Assembly (NCBI RefSeq): GCF_000008565.1
Contig: NC_001263.1
Location: forward strand, 2,616,413-2,648,412
Source: Deinococcus radiodurans R1 = ATCC 13939 = DSM 20539
GTDB taxonomy: Bacteria > Deinococcota > Deinococci > Deinococcales > Deinococcaceae
Reading direction: 5' to 3'
DNA: 32,000 nt
How positions within the stretch are numbered: position 1 is the stretch's first letter; each line of letters opens with the position of its first letter. Both the position numbers and the translations under genes were made by a program. The notes below the pieces were generated by a model. The model did no database searches. It was not told the DNA's origin and saw nothing but the letters and a program-made list of their open reading frames with translations. Positions 24,702 through 32,000 of the stretch are shown one piece after another.

Positions 24702-24732
24702 ACGCCCCCGCCCGGCGCGGTCTACTGCCCGC

Positions 24733-25062
24733 ATGAACCTAGAACCCTACCAGCAGGCTTCGCCCGAGCGCCTGCGCCTTTACCTGTCCCTCTTCGCCAT
24801 GGTCGCGCTGACCGTGCTGCTCGGCGGCCAGCGGACGGGCGACCTCGGCGTGCGCGGCACCCTACGGCGCAGCGCCTTTGCACGCGGCATGTTTGCCGAC
24901 ATCGGGGCCATCAGCACGCTGGGGGCGCTTTATCTCGTCCTGAACGGCAGAACCTCCGTGCGGGTGCCCGCTGCTATCGCCACGTTGTTTGTCGGAAGTT
25001 TTGCGCTGCTGCCCGCACTGGCCTACGAAGACTGGGCCGCCATGCAGGAGCGCAGGCAGTGA
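24733..25062 (+). CDS. Small hypothetical membrane protein (109 aa, ~3 TM), first gene of the thyA operon
   Basis: G/C-rich third-codon positions and hydrophobic segments suggest it is coding. Its stop overlaps the thyA GTG (GTGA). TCTACT lies 6 nt upstream of the ATG. I recognise no family. Confidence 0.55.
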   Translation: MNLEPYQQASPERLRLYLSLFAMVALTVLLGGQRTGDLGVRGTLRRSAFARGMFADIGAISTLGALYLVLNGRTSVRVPAAIATLFVGSFALLPALAYEDWAAMQERRQ

Positions 25063-25853
25063 AACAGTACCTCGATTTTCTCCGCCACATCCGCGACCAC
25101 GGGACCGACAAGATGGACCGCACCGGCACCGGCACCCGCTCGGTGTTCGGGTATCAGATGCGCTTCGACCTCTCTGAAGGCTTTCCCCTGGTCACGACCA
25201 AGCGGGTGCACCTGAAGTCCATCATCTACGAGCTGCTGTGGTTTCTGCGCGGCGACAGCAACGTGCGCTGGCTGCAGGAGCACGGCGTGACCATCTGGGA
25301 CGAATGGGCGCGCGAGGGCGGCGAACTCGGGCCGGTCTACGGCGTGCAGTGGAGAAGCTGGCCCGACTATGGCGGCGGGCAGATTGACCAGATTTCGCAG
25401 GTCATCGAGCAAATCAAGACGAATCCGGACTCAAGAAGGCTGATTGTCTCCGCCTGGAACGTGGCGCAGATTGACGAGATGGCCCTCCCCCCCTGCCACC
25501 TGCTCTTTCAGTTCTACGTGGCGGACGGGAAACTCAGTTGCCAGCTCTACCAGCGCAGCGCCGACAGCTTTCTGGGCGTGCCGTTCAACATCGCCAGTTA
25601 CGCGCTGCTGACCATGATGGTGGCCCAGGTCTGCGGCCTCGAACCCGGCGAGTTCATCTGGACGGGTGGCGACTGCCACATCTACAGCAATCACATGGAG
25701 CAGGTGGAGCGCCAACTGAAGCGCGAGCCGAGGCCCTTGCCGAAGATGCGGCTCAATCCCGCAGTCAAAGACATGTTTGCTTTCCAGTACGAGGACTTTA
25801 CGTTGGAAGGGTACGACCCGCATCCGGGCATCAAGGCGGAGGTGGCGGTATGA
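25059..25853 (+). CDS. thyA: Thymidylate synthase (ThyA)
   Basis: GTG 25059 lies 8 nt after GGAG, giving 264 aa. [41 protein letters not shown] and DCHIYSNH are canonical ThyA sequences. Confidence 0.95.
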   Translation: MKQYLDFLRHIRDHGTDKMDRTGTGTRSVFGYQMRFDLSEGFPLVTTKRVHLKSIIYELLWFLRGDSNVRWLQEHGVTIWDEWAREGGELGPVYGVQWRSWPDYGGGQIDQISQVIEQIKTNPDSRRLIVSAWNVAQIDEMALPPCHLLFQFYVADGKLSCQLYQRSADSFLGVPFNIASYALLTMMVAQVCGLEPGEFIWTGGDCHIYSNHMEQVERQLKREPRPLPKMRLNPAVKDMFAFQYEDFTLEGYDPHPGIKAEVAV

Positions 25854-26287
25854 CGCGGCCCAGTTTCGACGACCTCGGCCTCGCCACCGCGCGGCTGTGG
25901 GCGACCCGCAGCGCCGACCCGAAGGTGCAGGTGGGCGCGTGCATCCTCGACCGGCACCACCGCGTGGTGGGCGTGGGCTACAACGGGCGGGCGGCGGGCG
26001 AGCCCAACGAGCGCGAAAGCCTGGCCCAGGGCGCGTCGGGCTATATCCACGCCGAGGTCAATGCGCTGCTCGCCGCCAACTGGAACGGCGAAGGCCACAC
26101 GCTCTACGTCACCCACGAGCCGTGCTCGGTGTGCGCCCGCCTGATCGTCAATTCGCGGCGGGTGGGCCGGGTCGTGTTCGCCACGCCCTACCGCGAGACG
26201 GCCCGCGTCGAAGCCGGGCTTCCCAGCGGCGCGGAGATTTTGCGATCGGCGGGAATTGAGGTAGAAGATGCTCAGAAGGGACTGTAA
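25850..26287 (+). CDS. dCMP deaminase (ComEB/CDA-fold)
   Basis: ATG 25850 overlaps the thyA stop (ATGA), giving 145 aa. The zinc motifs HAEVNA and PCSVCA are present. Confidence 0.85.
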   Translation: MTRPSFDDLGLATARLWATRSADPKVQVGACILDRHHRVVGVGYNGRAAGEPNERESLAQGASGYIHAEVNALLAANWNGEGHTLYVTHEPCSVCARLIVNSRRVGRVVFATPYRETARVEAGLPSGAEILRSAGIEVEDAQKGL

Positions 26288-26303
26288 TTTGTCCTCGTAG
26301 TGC

Positions 26304-26332
26304 TTGAATATTGAGTTCTCAAGCGGCATTGT
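26304..26332 (+). promoter_or_regulatory. Candidate internal promoter TTGAAT-17-CATTGT upstream of folA
   Basis: TTGAAT is at 26304..26309 and CATTGT at 26327..26332, within an AT-rich spacer. The spacer also carries the inverted repeat gcttga (26302..26307) / tcaagc (26319..26324). Confidence 0.3.
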
Positions 26333-26340
26333 GTGGAACC

Positions 26341-26853
26341 GTGCCGTCCCGTCAAGACATTGTTGCCATCGCTGCCCAGACTGAAAACCGCGTCATCGGG
26401 CGTGATGGCGGGATGCCCTGGCATTTGCCGGCTGACTTTGCACATTTTCGGGCACTCAGCGTTGGCAAGCCAAATATTATGGGGCGCAAGGTCTTTGACA
26501 CACTGAGACGTAAGCCTTTGCCCGAACGGGTCAACATTGTGCTCACCCGCAACGAGAACTTGAAATTCGACGGCTGTCTCATCGCCCATTCGCCCGAAGA
26601 AGCCCTCCAACTCGCCGGAGACGCTCCCGAAATCGCCATCATCGGCGGCGAGGAGATTTACCGGCTCTACTGGGACCGGCTGACCCGGCTGGAGATGACG
26701 CTGATTCACGCGGAACTGGACGGCGATACCTTCTTCCCCGAAATCGGGCCTGAGTGGGAACTGGCGCAGGAAACCTTCCGACCCGCCGACGAGAAGAATC
26801 GCTACGACCTGACTTTCCAGACGTGGCGACGGCGGGGCTCTGGGCAACCATGA
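26341..26853 (+). CDS. folA: Dihydrofolate reductase
   Basis: IVAIAAQTENRVIGRDGGMPWHLPADFAHFRALSVGKPNIMGRKVFDTL matches the DHFR N-terminal core. GTG 26341 is preferred over TTG 26311/26329 on N-terminal length. The stop overlaps the next ATG. Confidence 0.85.
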   Translation: MPSRQDIVAIAAQTENRVIGRDGGMPWHLPADFAHFRALSVGKPNIMGRKVFDTLRRKPLPERVNIVLTRNENLKFDGCLIAHSPEEALQLAGDAPEIAIIGGEEIYRLYWDRLTRLEMTLIHAELDGDTFFPEIGPEWELAQETFRPADEKNRYDLTFQTWRRRGSGQP

Positions 26854-27671
26854 CCGACCCCCGCCTCGCCATCGAACAGGAACGCACCGAGCAGGAACAG
26901 GAGCGCACCGAGCGCGTCCGCGAGCGGGAAAAGAGTGGGCGCTTCAAGTCGGTGCTGGAGGCGATTCCGCTGCTGGCGACGCTGGCGACGGCGCTGGTGG
27001 CGGTCATGGGCAACTTGCAGTCGCAGCAGCAGTACCGCGACACGCAGGCCTCCGAGCGGTTTCAGAGCGCGGTGGAACTGCTCGCCGGAGACGACCTGAC
27101 CACCCGGCTCGGCGGCATCGCCCTGCTGGGGCAGGTGGCGCAGACCAACCCGGAACGGCGGGAAAACGTGGTGCGGCTGCTCGCCACCTATCTGCGCGTT
27201 CACTCGCCCGTGACCGAGGCGGGCCGCGCCCAGCCGGTGGTTCTGGCGCCACCCGCCGAGGAAGTCCGCGCTGTCCTGGCGGCCCTGGCGTACCGGGGCA
27301 ACATCACCAACGTGGACCTGGGCCGCATCAGCGCCCGCAACCTGATGGAAAACGGCGCCGACCTGACGGAGCTCATTTTCGCCCGCAGCGACCTCAGCGG
27401 CAGCATGTTCGAGGGCAGCGACTTGAGCGGCGTGCCCTTCAAGCAAACCACCCTGCGCGGCGTCAATTTCCGGGGCGCGGATTTGACCCGTGCCAACTTC
27501 GAGAACGCGAACCTGTCCGGAGCGCAGCTTCAAAACGCCGACCTCAGCAGCGCAGACCTATCGCAGGCCCAGGGCGTCACGTCCGCAATGGTCGCAGGTG
27601 CCAAAACCGACGCCCAGACGAAACTGCCGGCGGGGGTCAAGGTCACGGCAGCCACGCCAGCGGCTCCATAA
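26850..27671 (+). CDS. Membrane-anchored pentapeptide-repeat protein
   Basis: ATG 26850 forms an ATGA overlap with folA, giving 273 aa. The layout is a charged N-terminus, one TM (LEAIPLLATLATALVAVMG), a helical domain, then ~14-18 pentapeptide repeats at 27297..27572 (ADLTE LIFAR SDLSG SMFEG SDLSG ... ADLSS ADLSQ). Confidence 0.8.
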   Translation: MTDPRLAIEQERTEQEQERTERVREREKSGRFKSVLEAIPLLATLATALVAVMGNLQSQQQYRDTQASERFQSAVELLAGDDLTTRLGGIALLGQVAQTNPERRENVVRLLATYLRVHSPVTEAGRAQPVVLAPPAEEVRAVLAALAYRGNITNVDLGRISARNLMENGADLTELIFARSDLSGSMFEGSDLSGVPFKQTTLRGVNFRGADLTRANFENANLSGAQLQNADLSSADLSQAQGVTSAMVAGAKTDAQTKLPAGVKVTAATPAAP

Positions 27672-27715
27672 ACACAGTTCTGCTAACATTTGCCGCCCGC
27701 TTTCTCGCCGCAGTC

Positions 27716-27724
27716 TGATAAACT
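27716..27724 (+). promoter_or_regulatory. Extended -10-like element TGaTAAACT upstream of the tyrS leader
   Basis: tgataaact is at 27716..27724, and an ATG follows 7 nt later at 27732. Confidence 0.35.
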
Positions 27725-27731
27725 GCCCGGC

Positions 27732-27773
27732 ATGAGGCGTTTGACCCGACGTGCATATCCCCCCCGCCGCTGA
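27732..27773 (+). CDS. Candidate leaderless 13-codon leader peptide MRRLTRRAYPPRR in the tyrS leader
   Basis: By manual reading: ATG AGG CGT TTG ACC CGA CGT GCA TAT CCC CCC CGC CGC TGA. It has one Tyr codon followed by Pro-Pro and overlaps the leader helices. It is too short to judge by composition. Confidence 0.25.
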   Translation: MRRLTRRAYPPRR

Positions 27774-29087
<1,314 letters not shown>

Positions 29088-29177
29088 CTTTGTCAAGTTA
29101 TGCACAGGCCGGGCGCCTGGTTCCCAACCTGAGGCTGAGGCGTCCACAACACCGTTTTAGCCCTCTGCCCCAGCGGC

Positions 29178-29221
29178 TTGTCCACAGGGTAACTGTGTAA
29201 AAAGTGCGTCCCTGTGGATAA
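29178..29221. promoter_or_regulatory. Inverted pair of DnaA-box-like 9-mers forming the arms of a 9-bp inverted repeat
   Basis: TTGTCCACA is at 29178..29186 on the plus strand. A perfect TTATCCACA lies on the minus strand at 29221..29213. The inverted-repeat arms are tccacaggg (29181..29189) and ccctgtgga (29210..29218). Confidence 0.35.
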
Positions 29222-29262
29222 AAAAGCTGACCTACCCATCACAATCGCGTGACAGGCAGGTC
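29220..29262 (-). terminator. Candidate pyk terminator
   Basis: In the minus-strand RNA, gacctgcc pairs with ggtaggtc (8 bp including one G-U) around an 18-nt loop. AGC and T6 (29225..29220) follow. Confidence 0.45.
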
Positions 29263-29285
29263 TTGACTGAGGGCGCAGCGTCAGC

Positions 29286-30734
29286 TTAAACGCGGTCCGA
29301 CAAGTCCTCGGCCTTCAACTTTTCCACGCGCAGCATATTGGTGGTGCCGCGCACGCCGAAGGGCACGCCCGCCGTAATCACGTAGCGGTCGCCCACGTCG
29401 GCCAGGCCGCTCTTTTTCAGCTCGTCGTTGGCGATGCGTACCATGTCATCGGTGTCCTCGGGGTCTTCGCTGAGCATGGGGTAGACGCCCCAGGAAAGCG
29501 CGAGCTGGTTGCGGGTGATCTCGTTGGGGGTCAGCGCGACGATGGCGAGCGGCGGACGGTTCTTGGAAATGCGGGTGGCCGCCCCGCCCGTGCTGGTAAA
29601 GGTCACGATGGCGGGCGCTTCGAGCTTAGCCCCGATGTTGCAGGCGGCGAGCGCAATGGCGTCCTGCGCCTGCTCGGTGTCCATCACGACCTGACGCTGC
29701 ATCAACTGGTAAAGCTCGCTCGCTTCGGCCTCGCGGGCAATACGGTCCATCATAGCGACCGACTCGACCGGGTACTGGCCCGCCGCCGATTCGGCGGAAA
29801 GCATCACCGCGTCGGTGCCGTCATAAATAGCGTTCGCCACGTCCGACGCCTCGGCGCGGGTGGGGCGCGGCAGGTTGATCATGCTTTCGAGCATCTGGGT
29901 GGCCGTAATGACCGGCTTGCCCGCCTCACGGCACATGCGGATGATGCGTTTCTGGATGGTCGGCACCTGCTCGGGGCGCATTTCCACACCGAGGTCGCCG
30001 CGCGCCACCATCACGCCGTCCACTTCCTTGAGGATGTCGGCGAAGCGGTCCACCGCCTGCGGCTTCTCGATTTTGGCCATCAGCTTGGCGCGGCTGCCGA
30101 AGCGGGCGAGGTAATGCCGGGCGAGCAGCAGGTCATCGCGCGAGCGCACGAAGCTCAAGGCCACCCAGTCCACGCCGAGGCTCGCGCCAAATTCCATGTC
30201 CTGCACATCTTTTTCCGACAGTGCGGGCACGGTCAGGTCGGCTTCGGGCACGTTGATGCCCTTGTTGTTTTTCAACGTGCCGCCGATCAGGACAGTCGTC
30301 TGAATGTCGTTGCCGCGCACGTGGTCCACCCGCAGGCTCATGTTGCCGTCGTCGAGCAGCAGCGTCATGCCGGGGGTCACGTCACCGGCGAGGCCCTTGT
30401 AGGTGCTGCCCACGCGCTCGGCATTGCCCTCCACCTCGTCCATCGTGATGACGAACTTCTGCCCGGGATTCAGGGTCACCGAACCTTCGGCAAAGCGGCC
30501 CACCCGAATCTTGGGGCCTTGCAGGTCTTGCAGGATACCGATGGTCACGCCCTTGCTCACGGCGAGGTCACGCACCATCTGCACCGTCTGACGGTGGTCT
30601 TCGAGGTCGCCGTGGCTGAAGTTGAGGCGGACCACGTTCAGGCCAACGTCGATCATGCGCCCGAGAACTTCGGTGCTGCGGCTGGCGGGGCCGACAGTCG
30701 CCACGATTTTGGTGGCACGGTCAAAGTGTTTCAT
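29286..30734 (-). CDS. pyk: Pyruvate kinase
   Basis: This is a 482-aa ORF. TKIVATVGPAS, NFSHG and MVARGDLGVE are pyruvate kinase signatures. A GGAG SD lies 5 nt upstream. Confidence 0.95.
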   Translation of the reverse strand: MKHFDRATKIVATVGPASRSTEVLGRMIDVGLNVVRLNFSHGDLEDHRQTVQMVRDLAVSKGVTIGILQDLQGPKIRVGRFAEGSVTLNPGQKFVITMDEVEGNAERVGSTYKGLAGDVTPGMTLLLDDGNMSLRVDHVRGNDIQTTVLIGGTLKNNKGINVPEADLTVPALSEKDVQDMEFGASLGVDWVALSFVRSRDDLLLARHYLARFGSRAKLMAKIEKPQAVDRFADILKEVDGVMVARGDLGVEMRPEQVPTIQKRIIRMCREAGKPVITATQMLESMINLPRPTRAEASDVANAIYDGTDAVMLSAESAAGQYPVESVAMMDRIAREAEASELYQLMQRQVVMDTEQAQDAIALAACNIGAKLEAPAIVTFTSTGGAATRISKNRPPLAIVALTPNEITRNQLALSWGVYPMLSEDPEDTDDMVRIANDELKKSGLADVGDRYVITAGVPFGVRGTTNMLRVEKLKAEDLSDRV

Positions 30735-30843
30735 AGGGTCTCCAGAACAAGCTTTGGAAGCACTTCCAGCATCTTTAAAGAGGCAGCCATCCGCAGGCGG
30801 TCAGCAAAGGCGGACGGCGGACGGCTGCCCGGAAGGCGGGGCT

Positions 30844-32000
<1,157 letters not shown>

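Noticed and set aside
29089-29112. Radiation/desiccation response motif (DdrO operator-like palindrome) in ttgtcaagttatgcaca and the similar segment at 22144..22160.
   Set aside because: The sequences are not palindromic and lie at gene 3' ends rather than in promoters. They fit better as fragments of the intergenic repeat family.
29120-29135. tRNA-like T-arm (ggttcccaacc) in the tyrS-pyk spacer.
   Set aside because: It is only a 4-bp stem. No acceptor, D or anticodon arms can be built around it.
30809-30822. Tandem ggcggac ggcggac in the eno-pyk spacer, considered as a possible repeat array.
   Set aside because: There are only two 7-nt units. This is not a CRISPR or a meaningful microsatellite.

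Overview
High-GC window (roughly two-thirds G+C by eye) that reads as core chromosome of a Deinococcus-type bacterium. From memory, the gene order resembles the end of D. radiodurans chromosome I; this is unverified.

Nearly all of it is housekeeping:
- moaD-like and FlK-like thioesterase genes, a YihY membrane protein, a solitary amino-acid-binding protein, and GlnRS with a C-terminal YqeY/GatB-like domain
- DedA, a HAD hydrolase, a CHAD protein and panB
- a respiratory cluster: DUF420, ctaA, ctaB, frameshifted ctaC and fused ctaD/E
- gpsA, a SAM methyltransferase, a YpdA-type disulfide reductase and a DUF3105 lipoprotein
- an LpxB-related glycosyltransferase divergent from a secreted carboxylesterase
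- fumC, and a PadR regulator with a membrane partner
- a tightly coupled operon: membrane ORF, thyA, dCMP deaminase, folA, pentapeptide-repeat protein
- tyrS, pyk and eno

I found no rRNA, tRNA, CRISPR array, transposase, integrase, or recognisable defence or toxin-antitoxin module, so I cannot point to a clear novel multi-gene system.

The observations most worth follow-up are:
1. The tyrS leader carries an intrinsic terminator, competing helices and a leaderless 13-codon Tyr-Pro-Pro mini-ORF.
2. A ~72-nt repeat occurs as an inverted pair bracketing a 3-kb two-gene module. More diverged copies lie in other unusually long, AT-rich 3' intergenic regions.
3. The thymidylate operon is translationally coupled to a membrane-anchored pentapeptide-repeat protein and shares a palindrome-bearing control region with the PadR operon.
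4. ctaC has a 1-nt frameshift separating its CuA and cytochrome c domains.
5. Inverted DnaA-box-like 9-mers lie between tyrS and pyk.
6. Many genes have a leaderless start geometry.

The many long ORFs antisense to real genes are high-GC artefacts.
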